Of a DNA stretch of 64,000 nucleotides, positions 7,990 to 17,786 are shown in pieces; position 1 is the first letter of the stretch, and every line of letters starts with the position of its first letter. This DNA comes from Roseivirga sp. (GTDB lineage: Bacteria; Bacteroidota; Bacteroidia; Cytophagales; Cyclobacteriaceae), in the NCBI GenBank assembly GCA_965661435.1, contig CBFIDS010000123.1:1684-65683 (forward strand), given 5' to 3'. A model generated the notes under the pieces. That model was not told where the DNA came from. It saw nothing but the letters and a program-made list of their open reading frames with translations, and did no database searches. The position numbers were made by a program, and so were the translations under genes.

Positions 7990-10149
7990 ATGTCAGAAGA
8001 AAAAAAAGTAACTGAGGAAGTTGTTGAAGAAAAAGACACTGCTCAGAAAAAAGCTACTGAATCCAAAGAAGTAGCAGAAGAAAAAGAGGCTCCTAAAGCC
8101 GAGGCAAAAGAGTCTAAAGAGGAAGCTCCTGCTTCTGAAGAGACAAAGAAAACTGCCAAGAAAGCTGAATCAAAAAAGAAAGAAGAAGCACCTAAAGAAG
8201 AATTCAATTGGGAAGACTTTGAAACTGGTGGTTTTGGAGATGGCTATTCGAAGAAAGAGAAAGAAGAGATGTCTTCTATGTACGAAGATACGCTCAACTC
8301 TATCGAAGAAAAAGAGGTTATCAAAGCAACTATTGTTTCTATTGGTGACAGAGATGTAGTATTGAACATCGGTTACAAATCTGATGGATTGGTAAGTGCT
8401 TCTGAATTCAGAGACACACCAGATCTAAAAGTTGGTGATCAGATAGAAGTATACATTGAAGAGCAAGAAAACTCTTTAGGACAACTCGTTCTATCAAGAA
8501 GAAAAGCGAAGATCGTTAGAGCTTGGGAGTTGATCCAAAGTGCACTTGATGACGATAATGTTATCGAAGGTTTCGTAAAAAGAAGAACCAAAGGTGGTTT
8601 GATCGTAGATATTTACGGTGTAGAGTCATTCCTTCCGGGTTCTCAGATCGATGTTAAGCCGATCAGAGATTTCGATATTTTCGTAGGTAAGAAAATGGAA
8701 GTTAAAGTAGTTAAGATCAACTACTCTAACGACAACGTTGTAGTATCTCACAAAGTACTTATCGAGAAAGATCTTGAGCAGCAAAAAGCTGAGATCCTTG
8801 AAAACCTAGAGAAAGGTCAAGTACTAGAAGGTGTGATTAAGAACATGACCAACTTTGGTGTATTTATTGACCTTGGTGGTGTTGATGGTCTACTTCACAT
8901 TACTGATATCTCTTGGGGTAGAATTAACGACCCAGCAGAGGTGTTGAATTTAGACGAGAAAGTGAATGTCGTTGTTCTTGATTTTGATGACGATAAGAAA
9001 CGTATCTCTCTCGGTATGAAGCAGCTGACTGAGCATCCTTGGGATAAACTAGATTCTGCAATTGAAGTTGGATCGAAAGTTAAAGGTTCAATTGTCAATG
9101 TTGCTGATTACGGTGCGTTCTTAGAACTTCTTCCAGGTGTTGAAGGTCTTATACACGTATCTGAAATGTCATGGTCTCAGCACTTGAGAAACCCACAAGA
9201 TTTCATCAGCATTGGTGATGAGCTTGAGGCAGTTGTTCTTACGCTAGACAGAGAAGAGAGAAAAATGTCTCTTGGTATCAAGCAGTTGACCGAAGATCCA
9301 TGGACTAAGTCAGACGTATTGACCAAATATGGTGTTGGTACAAACCACACCGGTATCGTTAGAAACTTAACTAATTTCGGCTTGTTTATTGAGCTTGAAG
9401 AAGGAATTGACGGTTTGGTTCACGTTTCTGATCTGTCTTGGACTAAAAAGATCAAACACCCATCTGAATTTGTTAAAGTAGGTGATGAGCTTGAAGTACA
9501 AGTATTAGAACTCGATATCGATAATAGAAGACTTGCTCTTGGACACAAACAACTTGAGGAGAACCCATGGGATACTTTCCAAACAGTATTTACTCCAGGA
9601 TCTACTCATAAGTGTTCTGTGATCTCTAAAAATGATAAAGGAGCTACTCTAGAACTACCTTACGGTTTAGAAGGAGTTGCAACTAACAAGCATTTGAAGA
9701 AAGAAGACGGCTCTATGGTTTCAGTAGGTGAAACTTTAGATTTCCAAGTAGTAGAGTTCTCTAAAGACGATAAGAGAATTGTACTTTCTCATACCAATAT
9801 TCATAATCCTGATAATGCTGATAAAGTAAAACCTGCTGCTCCTAAGAAGAGTGTAGGTGGCGGTGCTAAGCCTAAGAAAGCTGCACCTGCAGATTCAGCG
9901 ACACTAGGAGACTTGGATGCACTTTCTGCATTGAAAGCTGAAATGGAGGATAACACCAAGAAAACTAACGAGAGGAAAGCTGCAGATACCAAGAAGAAGT
10001 CTACTAAGAAAGAAGATGATGCTACTGAAGAGAAAGCTGAAAAGGCTGACAAAGCAGAGGCTAAGTCTAAAACTAAGAAGACTGAAAAGAAAGCTGAGAA
10101 GTCTGAAGAGAAAGAAGACAAGTCAGAAGACAAATCTGACAAAGAATAA
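7990..10149 (+). CDS. rpsA: 30S ribosomal protein S1 with K/E-rich terminal extensions
   Basis: Repeated S1 domains (FGVFIDLGGVDGLLHITDISW, YGAFLELLPGVEGLIHVSEMSW, FGLFIELEEGIDGLVHVSDLSW). Confidence 0.97.
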   Translation: MSEEKKVTEEVVEEKDTAQKKATESKEVAEEKEAPKAEAKESKEEAPASEETKKTAKKAESKKKEEAPKEEFNWEDFETGGFGDGYSKKEKEEMSSMYEDTLNSIEEKEVIKATIVSIGDRDVVLNIGYKSDGLVSASEFRDTPDLKVGDQIEVYIEEQENSLGQLVLSRRKAKIVRAWELIQSALDDDNVIEGFVKRRTKGGLIVDIYGVESFLPGSQIDVKPIRDFDIFVGKKMEVKVVKINYSNDNVVVSHKVLIEKDLEQQKAEILENLEKGQVLEGVIKNMTNFGVFIDLGGVDGLLHITDISWGRINDPAEVLNLDEKVNVVVLDFDDDKKRISLGMKQLTEHPWDKLDSAIEVGSKVKGSIVNVADYGAFLELLPGVEGLIHVSEMSWSQHLRNPQDFISIGDELEAVVLTLDREERKMSLGIKQLTEDPWTKSDVLTKYGVGTNHTGIVRNLTNFGLFIELEEGIDGLVHVSDLSWTKKIKHPSEFVKVGDELEVQVLELDIDNRRLALGHKQLEENPWDTFQTVFTPGSTHKCSVISKNDKGATLELPYGLEGVATNKHLKKEDGSMVSVGETLDFQVVEFSKDDKRIVLSHTNIHNPDNADKVKPAAPKKSVGGGAKPKKAAPADSATLGDLDALSALKAEMEDNTKKTNERKAADTKKKSTKKEDDATEEKAEKADKAEAKSKTKKTEKKAEKSEEKEDKSEDKSDKE

Positions 10150-10167
10150 TACAGATATAAATATGAT

Positions 10168-10200
10168 AAAAAGCATCCCTCTCAAACGGGATGCTTTTTT
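10168..10200 (+). terminator. Intrinsic terminator after rpsA
   Basis: AAAAGCATCCC-loop-GGGATGCTTTTT hairpin with U-tract. Confidence 0.9.
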
Positions 10201-10246
10201 CTTTACACATAGTTGATGAATTGTTGGTGCAATTGGTGAATATCTC

Positions 10247-10254
10247 TAAATTTG
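10247..10254 (+). promoter_or_regulatory. -7 promoter element (TAAATTTG) for tRNA-Cys
   Basis: TAnnTTTG 13 nt upstream of the tRNA. Confidence 0.7.
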
Positions 10255-10267
10255 CGCTTCCAATTAA

Positions 10268-10338
10268 GGCGTTGTGGCCGAGTGGCTAGGCAGAGGTCTG
10301 CAAAACCTTGTACAGCGGTTCGAATCCGCTCAACGCCT
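10268..10338 (+). tRNA. tRNA-Cys (GCA)
   Basis: Acceptor stem GGCGTTG/CAACGCC, D arm GCCGAGTGGCTAGGC, anticodon loop CTGCAAA, T loop GGTTCGAATCC, discriminator U; CCA not encoded. Confidence 0.96.
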
Positions 10339-10346
10339 CAACAATT

Positions 10347-10378
10347 AAAGGTGATCCTATTAAGGTCACTTTTTTTTG
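10347..10378 (+). terminator. Intrinsic terminator after tRNA-Cys
   Basis: GTGATCCT/AGGTCAC hairpin followed by a long T run. Confidence 0.7.
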
Positions 10379-10619
10379 TTTACACCAATGTGAATAAGGA
10401 AGTGAAAAAGACTTGTGTTTGTTAAACCAGTCCTCAACTTGGGAGGGCTTTAGATAAGATTTCCGAAGGAATGCTCATTATTCTAATTGATAAGTTGCTG
10501 GTTTAACGTTTTTGAGCAATCCAATAAATTAATTTCTATTTTATGTTGTCTAATTGGTAGTCTTAACAGTTCAATTTTGGGCAATTTTCAAGGTTGCGTA
10601 AAATCAATAGATGGCGACT

Positions 10620-10638
10620 ATTTATATTAATTCTAAAT
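10620..10638. promoter_or_regulatory. Putative Fur-like operator upstream of the ACIII operon
   Basis: ATTTATATTAATTCTAAAT, an imperfect palindrome with 3 mismatches to ATTTAGAATTATTCTAAAT (Bacteroidota Fur-type consensus recalled from memory). Confidence 0.5.
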
Positions 10639-10738
10639 AAAATAGTAGTATCCTATATAGTATTCAACATATTGAATATCAAATGATTGAATTAGAATTT
10701 GATAGTCCCTAAGACTTGTTTTCATCTGTAAAATTTAG

Positions 10739-10769
10739 TTTGAAATAAGGCCTTCCGATACTACCTTTG
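10739..10769 (+). promoter_or_regulatory. Sigma-A promoter of the act/cox operon
   Basis: TTTG (10739-10742), 19 nt spacer, TACCTTTG (10762-10769): canonical Bacteroidota -33/-7. Confidence 0.8.
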
Positions 10770-10818
10770 CCACACGTTTGTACAACTGAGACAATCTGTG
10801 ATCAAAAAAAGACTTTAC

Positions 10819-12063
10819 ATGGTAGCTAAAACAACCATAGTTCGTTATGCGACAGTATGCCTGATAGTATGCTGTTTTGTTTTTTCGGGGCAAGAAGCAT
10901 TGGCTCAAAGAGATGCTGTTCCTACGGACCCTGAAATCATCTCACAAGGTGAATCTCTATTTAGTGAGTATCAGTGTAATACTTGTCACCGAGTAGATGC
11001 CAAATTAGTTGGCCCTGCATTAGGCGGGGTATACGATAGGAGAGACCTTGAATGGATCTATTCTTGGGTGAAAAACTCTCAAGCTTTAATTGCTTCGGGC
11101 GATCAGCAGGCAAATGATTTGTATGAAGAATACAACCAATTGGTTATGCAGCCTTACGATCTGACGAACGATCAGATCTTGTCAATTATGGCATATGTTA
11201 GGGATACTGAAGAAAATCCTCCAGCCGCTCAAGGATCAGCAGCATCTGCGGGTGGAGAAGTATCTGCTCAAGGTGGAGGGATCCCATCTACTTACCTTAA
11301 CATCATCGTAGGTGCATTGATAGTAGTGCTTCTGCTTATTTTGGTTGTACTTGCTTTGATCATCAGTGTTCTTAAAAAGTATCTTCAGGATAAAGAAGAG
11401 CTTACAGAGGTTGATCAGGAAGTTGTAAATGAGAAATTCAGCCTTTCAGGGTTCCTTAAAAGTCCTACGGTTATTGGCATAATCACGTTCTTAGTCATAG
11501 CTCTAGCCGCGAAGAATGTTATAGATGGACTTTATACTATTGGTGTTCAACAAGGATATGCTCCTAAGCAGCCAATTGCATTTTCTCACCAACTTCATGC
11601 CGGTGAGTATGAGATTGCATGTCAATATTGCCATACTGGAGTAGAGATTGGAAAATCCGCAAATATTCCATCGGTGAATATTTGTATGAATTGTCACAAT
11701 TTTATCAAAACTGATTCTCCTGAAATTCAAAAACTTTATACGGCTCAAGAAACTGGTGAACCCATAGAATGGGTAAGGGTACATAACCTACCCGACTTGG
11801 CTTACTTCAACCACTCTCAGCATGTAAAAGTGGGTGAGATCGAATGCCAAACATGTCATGGCGAGATCCAAGAGATGGAAGTAGTTAAACAACACGCTCC
11901 ACTAACTATGGGATGGTGTATTGACTGTCACAGAAATACCAGTCTGAATACTGATGGTAATGGTTATTATGACAAGCTAGTTGAATTGCACAATGCTAGT
12001 TCATCTACACCTATGACTGTAGCAGATATGGGTGGTTTGGAATGTGCTAAGTGTCACTATTAA
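10819..12063 (+). CDS. actA: Alternative complex III subunit ActA, multiheme cytochrome c (1+5 hemes)
   Basis: Six CxxCH motifs (CNTCH; CQYCH, CMNCH, CQTCH, CIDCH, CAKCH); QPIAFSH, FNHSQH; first gene of the act cluster. Confidence 0.93.
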   Translation: MVAKTTIVRYATVCLIVCCFVFSGQEALAQRDAVPTDPEIISQGESLFSEYQCNTCHRVDAKLVGPALGGVYDRRDLEWIYSWVKNSQALIASGDQQANDLYEEYNQLVMQPYDLTNDQILSIMAYVRDTEENPPAAQGSAASAGGEVSAQGGGIPSTYLNIIVGALIVVLLLILVVLALIISVLKKYLQDKEELTEVDQEVVNEKFSLSGFLKSPTVIGIITFLVIALAAKNVIDGLYTIGVQQGYAPKQPIAFSHQLHAGEYEIACQYCHTGVEIGKSANIPSVNICMNCHNFIKTDSPEIQKLYTAQETGEPIEWVRVHNLPDLAYFNHSQHVKVGEIECQTCHGEIQEMEVVKQHAPLTMGWCIDCHRNTSLNTDGNGYYDKLVELHNASSSTPMTVADMGGLECAKCHY

Positions 12064-12096
12064 TTAATTGAATTCGCGATTTCTGATTGATATACA

Positions 12097-15000
12097 ATGA
12101 AAGAAAATCAAAAAACATATTGGAAAGGTATCGAGCAATTGAAGAACGATCCTGACTTTGTTAAAAAGAACGAGTCGGAATTTCCAGAATACCTTCCTAT
12201 CAGCGAACAAGGTGGTGAAACCAACAACAGAAGGGATTTCTTAAAGCTTATGGGCTTTGGTATTGCGGCAGCTAGTTTAGCAGCTTGTGAGGCACCAGTA
12301 AGAAAAGCTATTCCTTATCTTAATAAGCCTGTTGATGTTGATCCTTCTGTGCCTAACTATTATGCCTCTACTTATGTAAATGGTGGAGATGCTGTTAGCG
12401 TAGTTGTAAAGACAAGAGAAGGTAGACCAATCAAAGTTGAAGGAAACCGATTCAGTACTATAACAAAAGGTGGTACGAATGCTCAAGTGGAAGCTTCTGT
12501 TCTTTCCCTTTACGATAAGGAAAGATTAGCGGGTCCTATGAAAGATAATGCCGAAACTGATTGGGAGACGCTTGATAGAGAAATTACAGCTAAGCTGAAT
12601 AATATTTCTTCTCAAGGAGGTCAGATCAGAATTGTAAGTAATTCTGTTTTGAGCCCAACGACTAAAAAAGCTGTTGGTGAGTTTGTCGCAAAATATCCAA
12701 CCACTCAGCACGTAACATACGATGCTGTTTCTTCATACGGTATTTCAGAAGGTAATAGAAGATCTTTCGGAGAATCAATGATTCCTTCATATGACTTTAG
12801 TCAAGCAAAGGCAATTGTCAGTGTAGGGGCAGATTTCCTAGGTACTTGGATCTCTCCGATCCAGTTTTCTAAGCAATACGCTCAAACAAGAAAGATCAAT
12901 GAGCATCATAGAGAAATGTCTAGACACTATCAGTTTGAGTCTAACCTTTCGCTAACGGGTGCCAATGCAGATTATAGAACTCCAGTTAAACCATCTCAAG
13001 TAGGCCCGCTAGTTGCAGCTATGTACAATGCTGTGGCAGCCAAAGCCGGTCAGCCTAAAGTAAGTGGAGGAAATGTTGGTGATGTTGCTCATATGGCAGC
13101 TGCAGCTAATGACCTTTGGGCAAACAGAGGAGAGTCACTTGTGGTATGCGGATCAAATGATCCGGCAGTTCAAGTTTTGATCAATGGTATCAATGCCATG
13201 TTGGGTAACTATGGTTCAACTATCGACACGAGTGCTCCAGTTCATTACCGTCAAGGTGACGACATGGCTATGTCTAACCTAGCGAAAGATCTAAATGCAG
13301 GAAGAATTTCAGGAGTGATCTTCTTCAACTGTAACCCATTATATAATTCTGCTGAATCTGTTGCATTGAGCTCGGCTATTTCTAAAGCTAGCTTAACTGT
13401 ATCTACTTCGGACAGAATGGATGAAACTTCTTCTGCTGTACAATATGTTGCTCCAGATCACCATTACCTTGAGCAGTGGAATGACGCAGAACTAAGAGCT
13501 GGGCATATTTCATTATCTCAGCCAACGATAGCTCCTTTATTCAGTACTAGACAAGCTCCAGAATCATTCTTGAAATGGGCTGGTTCAGATGTTGAGTACT
13601 ATACATACTTACAGAATAATTGGAGAGAAACTTATTTCAATGCACAATCTCAGATGTCAAACTTCCAAATGTTCTGGGATAAGGCATTGTACGATGGTGT
13701 TTTAGAATTAGGTGGAAATGATAATTCTTACTCATTTGATGCTAATGCTGCTACAATGGCTGCCACTAGCATCGCACAGAATTATAAGACACAAGGAAAC
13801 GGAATTCAATTATCGCTTTATCAAAAAGTGGCAATTGGAGACGGTTCTCAAGCGAATAACCCATGGCTTCAAGAGATGGCTGATCCTATCACAAAAGCCA
13901 CATGGGATAACTACTTAACAATTCCAATGTCATTGGCCAATGAAATGGGCATTAGCATGGATGAGGGTGCAACAGAATTATTGACTTTGACAGTTGGTGG
14001 TCAGAGCATGGAAGTTCCTGCTTTGGTTCAGCCTGGTCAAGCAGAAGGAACTGTTGGACTAGCAGTTGGTTATGGTAGAACAAATGCCGGAAGAGTTGCT
14101 AACGAACTTGGAGTTAATGCTTATCCATTAATGACCAAACTTAATGGTGCTAATACTATGGAGGTGTTGGCTGGTGTTTCTGTAGCAGCCACTGGCAAAT
14201 CTTACAGTATAGCTCAAACACAAACTCACCAAACTTACATGGGGCGTGAGAATGTGATTCAAGAAGCTACTTTAGATGAATATAAAGAGGACACTACAGC
14301 AGGAAGAGAGTATCCTAAGATCTACAAGGATGGTGAGTTCGTAAAACCTTCAAAAATCACTCTTTGGGGTGGACACGAGTATAACAACCACCATTGGGCC
14401 ATGACTATCGATATGAACTCTTGTACTGGATGTTCAGCATGTACTGTTGCTTGTCAGGCCGAGAATAACATTCCAGTAGTTGGTAAAGAAGAGGTTCTCA
14501 ATAGAAGAGAAATGGCTTGGATAAGAATCGATAGATATTATTCTGCTGCTAATCCAACCGGAAATAAAAAAGAATTGGAAGAAGCTTCTGCTAACCCAGA
14601 AGTTACATTCCAGCCTATGATGTGTCAGCACTGTAATAACGCTCCTTGTGAGACTGTTTGTCCAGTAGCTGCTACAACACATAGTACTGAAGGTCTTAAC
14701 CAGATGACCTACAACAGATGTATTGGTACAAGATATTGTGCTAACAACTGTCCTTATAAAGTAAGACGTTTCAACTGGTTCAAGTATCATGATAATACGC
14801 AATTTGATAAGAACACTTCTATGAATAATGACCTGGGTAAAATGGTATTGAACCCAGATGTTACTGTTCGTTCTAGAGGTGTAATGGAAAAATGTACCAT
14901 GTGTGTACAAAGAATCCAGTCTGGTAAATTGGCTGCCAAGCGTGAGAACAGAAGACCAGTGGATGGTGAGATCAATACAGCTTGTGCAACGGCATGTCCT

Positions 15001-15219
15001 TCTGACGCAATTACTTTTGGTGACTTGAACGATCCTAACTCAAGAATTTCTCAACAGCTTCAAATTGAAGAGAAAGAAATGGGTGATGGTACAAAAGCTA
15101 CTGACAGAGTTGTGAATGAGGACAGAGCTTATCACGTATTGGAAGAGATCAATGTCAGTCCAAACGTATGGTACATGACTAAGATCAGAAATAAGGTTAA
15201 AGAATCAACAGAAGCATAA
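12097..15219 (+). CDS. actB: ACIII subunit ActB (Tat-exported molybdopterin oxidoreductase-like domain plus Fe-S domain)
   Basis: RRDFLK Tat motif followed by the LAAC lipobox; CTGCSACTVAC, CQHCNNAPCETVCP, CIGTRYCANNCP, CTMC...CATACP. Confidence 0.95.
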   Translation: MKENQKTYWKGIEQLKNDPDFVKKNESEFPEYLPISEQGGETNNRRDFLKLMGFGIAAASLAACEAPVRKAIPYLNKPVDVDPSVPNYYASTYVNGGDAVSVVVKTREGRPIKVEGNRFSTITKGGTNAQVEASVLSLYDKERLAGPMKDNAETDWETLDREITAKLNNISSQGGQIRIVSNSVLSPTTKKAVGEFVAKYPTTQHVTYDAVSSYGISEGNRRSFGESMIPSYDFSQAKAIVSVGADFLGTWISPIQFSKQYAQTRKINEHHREMSRHYQFESNLSLTGANADYRTPVKPSQVGPLVAAMYNAVAAKAGQPKVSGGNVGDVAHMAAAANDLWANRGESLVVCGSNDPAVQVLINGINAMLGNYGSTIDTSAPVHYRQGDDMAMSNLAKDLNAGRISGVIFFNCNPLYNSAESVALSSAISKASLTVSTSDRMDETSSAVQYVAPDHHYLEQWNDAELRAGHISLSQPTIAPLFSTRQAPESFLKWAGSDVEYYTYLQNNWRETYFNAQSQMSNFQMFWDKALYDGVLELGGNDNSYSFDANAATMAATSIAQNYKTQGNGIQLSLYQKVAIGDGSQANNPWLQEMADPITKATWDNYLTIPMSLANEMGISMDEGATELLTLTVGGQSMEVPALVQPGQAEGTVGLAVGYGRTNAGRVANELGVNAYPLMTKLNGANTMEVLAGVSVAATGKSYSIAQTQTHQTYMGRENVIQEATLDEYKEDTTAGREYPKIYKDGEFVKPSKITLWGGHEYNNHHWAMTIDMNSCTGCSACTVACQAENNIPVVGKEEVLNRREMAWIRIDRYYSAANPTGNKKELEEASANPEVTFQPMMCQHCNNAPCETVCPVAATTHSTEGLNQMTYNRCIGTRYCANNCPYKVRRFNWFKYHDNTQFDKNTSMNNDLGKMVLNPDVTVRSRGVMEKCTMCVQRIQSGKLAAKRENRRPVDGEINTACATACPSDAITFGDLNDPNSRISQQLQIEEKEMGDGTKATDRVVNEDRAYHVLEEINVSPNVWYMTKIRNKVKESTEA

Positions 15220-15235
15220 ATAAAACCGAAAGAAT

Positions 15236-16600
15236 ATGCAGGTTACTTCATCCGTAAGAAAACCTTTAATCACAGGCGGTAAGACCGTCCATGATGTTAC
15301 CGAAGACATCTGTAGGCAAGTAGAAGGCAAGCCTTCTAAGCTCTGGTTGATGGCTTTTGGTATTTCAGTCGTTACGCTTCTCATTGGTTTTGTAGCAGTT
15401 GCTGCAACACTTTGGGAAGGAATAGGCATGTGGGGGCTGAACAAAACTGTAGGTTGGGCATGGGACATTACTAACTTCGTTTGGTGGGTTGGTATTGGTC
15501 ACGCAGGAACGCTTATTTCAGCGATTCTTTTACTTTTCAGGCAGAAATGGAGAATGTCAATTAACCGTGCAGCTGAAGCGATGACTATCTTTGCTGTAAT
15601 TTGTGCGGCTCAATTCCCAATTCTTCACATGGGTAGGCCATGGTTAGGTGCTTATTGGGCACTACCTCTACCAAATACTTTCGGTTCACTTTGGGTTAAC
15701 TTCAACTCTCCACTGTTGTGGGACGTTTTTGCGATCTCAACTTACTTCTCTGTTTCACTTGTTTTCTGGTACATAGGTTTAGTACCTGACTTTGCAACGA
15801 TCAGAGACAGAGCAACTGGAATAAGAAGAAAAATATATGGAGCCCTTTCATTGGGTTGGGATGGTGCAGCTAAAACATGGGGTAGATTTGAATCTGTATC
15901 CTTGATCTTAGCTGGTTTGGCAACGCCATTAGTACTTTCAGTACACACCATCGTATCTTTTGACTTTGCAACTTCAGTAATACCGGGTTGGCACACTACA
16001 ATTTTCCCACCTTACTTCGTAGCAGGTGCGATCTTCTCAGGTTTTGCCATGGTACTTACCTTGATGATTGTCACAAGAGCGGTTTTCAAATTACAAGACT
16101 ATATAACAATTGAGCATATTGAAATGATGAACATTGTGATCATCGTAACAGGTTCAATTGTAGGTATTGCATATATCACAGAGTTCTTCATTGCATGGTA
16201 TTCAGGAGTGCCGGCTGAGCAATATGCTTTCTATAATAGGATGCAAGGTCCTTACTGGTGGGCATACTGGTCAATGATGACTTGTAACGTGATCTCTCCT
16301 CAATTATTCTGGTTCAAGAAGATCAGAACAAGTATCGCTGCAACCTTTATTCTTTCTATCATCGTGAACATCGGTATGTGGTTCGAGAGATTTGTGATCA
16401 TTGTAACCTCATTACATAGAGATTATCTTCCTTCATCTTGGGCAATGTTCTACCCAACCATGTATGATGTGGGAGTTTATGTTTTCACCTTTGGATTGTT
16501 CTTCTCTGCGTTCTTCCTATTTGCGAAGTTCTTCCCAGTGATCAACATGGCGGAGGTTAAGAGTATTATCAAATCATCCTCAGAAAAAACTGCATCATAA
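15236..16600 (+). CDS. actC: ACIII subunit ActC (NrfD/PsrC family quinol-binding membrane subunit)
   Basis: [43 protein letters not shown]. Confidence 0.95.
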   Translation: MQVTSSVRKPLITGGKTVHDVTEDICRQVEGKPSKLWLMAFGISVVTLLIGFVAVAATLWEGIGMWGLNKTVGWAWDITNFVWWVGIGHAGTLISAILLLFRQKWRMSINRAAEAMTIFAVICAAQFPILHMGRPWLGAYWALPLPNTFGSLWVNFNSPLLWDVFAISTYFSVSLVFWYIGLVPDFATIRDRATGIRRKIYGALSLGWDGAAKTWGRFESVSLILAGLATPLVLSVHTIVSFDFATSVIPGWHTTIFPPYFVAGAIFSGFAMVLTLMIVTRAVFKLQDYITIEHIEMMNIVIIVTGSIVGIAYITEFFIAWYSGVPAEQYAFYNRMQGPYWWAYWSMMTCNVISPQLFWFKKIRTSIAATFILSIIVNIGMWFERFVIIVTSLHRDYLPSSWAMFYPTMYDVGVYVFTFGLFFSAFFLFAKFFPVINMAEVKSIIKSSSEKTAS

Positions 16601-16602
16601 TC

Positions 16603-17136
16603 ATGAGCGACACTAAGAAATTTGTACTTGGAGTTTTCGATGACGAAGACGTTTTATTGAAAGCGGTTGGAAAAGTTCGAGGAGCTGGGGTTAAGATCGA
16701 TGAGGTATACAGCCCATTCCCAGTTCATGGACTAGATGAAGAATTAGGATATAAAAGATCAAGACTTCCAATAGCTGCATTCATGTTTGGTGCTTTGGGT
16801 ACCACATTAGCTTTAGTTATGCAGATCTGGATGCTCGGTGTAGACTGGCCAATGATCATTGGTGGTAAAGATTATGTATCTCTTCCAGATTTTGTGCCTG
16901 TAACATTCGAATTAACTGTGTTATTAGCTGCGTTTGGTATGGTAGGAACATTCTTGGTTTCGAGTGATTTGAAACCGTGGAAAGATCCTAAGATGCTAGA
17001 TCTTAGAATTACAGATGATAAGCATGTGATGGCAATTGACCTTGGGAGAAACTCTGCCATGGAAGCCAAATCGATCAACAGTTTGTTGCAAGAGTCAGGA
17101 GCTGTTGAAGTAAATGATAAAGATGTTGATGAATAA
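16603..17136 (+). CDS. actD: ACIII subunit ActD (DUF3341)
   Basis: YSPFPVHGLD, DWPMIIGGK, PVTFELTVL. Confidence 0.92.
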   Translation: MSDTKKFVLGVFDDEDVLLKAVGKVRGAGVKIDEVYSPFPVHGLDEELGYKRSRLPIAAFMFGALGTTLALVMQIWMLGVDWPMIIGGKDYVSLPDFVPVTFELTVLLAAFGMVGTFLVSSDLKPWKDPKMLDLRITDDKHVMAIDLGRNSAMEAKSINSLLQESGAVEVNDKDVDE

Positions 17137-17149
17137 GCCTTCTCTAGAT

Positions 17150-17767
17150 ATGATTCAAAAATTGAAAGTATTTATTCCAGCTTTAGCCTTTGTAACATTG
17201 GCAAGTTGTGGAGCTAGTGGCGATGACCCTGGCTTGGAATATGCTCCTCAAATGTATCACTCTGTACCTTACGAACCACTAACTCAGGTGAAGGATGAAA
17301 GTGCAGGGCAATGGTTGAGCAATAGAGGGGATGAAAAGGGTGAATTTTATAATTCAAATCCGAACAATCCTTATGCACAGAATGTAAGAAAACCAGTAGA
17401 AGGTACAGTGAAAAGATCTTACGCAGACATATTACCTTATAGACTTGAAAAGGATGATATCGAAGAAGCTGCAAAAATGGAAAATCCGTTTGAAGCTACT
17501 CCAGAGATCATTGCTGAAGGTAAAAGATTGTATGTAGAGTTTTGTCAACATTGCCATGGTCCGAATGGACAAGCAGGTGGTAAAGTAGCAGCGGTATATG
17601 GTGGAGTTCCTTCATATAACGCACCAGCTCAAAGAGATCTTTCCCAAGGACATATTTTTCATGTGATCACTCACGGAATCAGAAGAATGTGGCCCCATGC
17701 TTCTCAGATCAGTCCTGAGAAAAGATGGAAGATTTCAAGATATGTTCAAACATTACAACAACAATAA
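17150..17767 (+). CDS. actE: ACIII subunit ActE, monoheme cytochrome c lipoprotein
   Basis: LASC lipobox, EYAPQMY, CQHCH; start uncertain (17129 or 17150). Confidence 0.9.
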   Translation: MIQKLKVFIPALAFVTLASCGASGDDPGLEYAPQMYHSVPYEPLTQVKDESAGQWLSNRGDEKGEFYNSNPNNPYAQNVRKPVEGTVKRSYADILPYRLEKDDIEEAAKMENPFEATPEIIAEGKRLYVEFCQHCHGPNGQAGGKVAAVYGGVPSYNAPAQRDLSQGHIFHVITHGIRRMWPHASQISPEKRWKISRYVQTLQQQ

Positions 17768-17786
17768 TCCATAAATTTTTTAAGCA

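Noticed and set aside
9940-10149. Repetitive AAG/GAA-rich DNA as a tandem repeat or array
   Set aside because: Explained by Lys/Glu-rich low-complexity coding at the S1 C-terminus; no fixed repeat unit or spacers
10268-10800. tRNA-Cys as the integration site of a genomic island
   Set aside because: No adjacent integrase, no duplicated tRNA 3' end seen, and the downstream genes are core respiration
14434-14910. 158-aa antisense ORF inside actB, and other antisense or alternate-frame ORFs in the track
   Set aside because: Fully overlap well-supported genes and show no protein motifs; expected shadow ORFs
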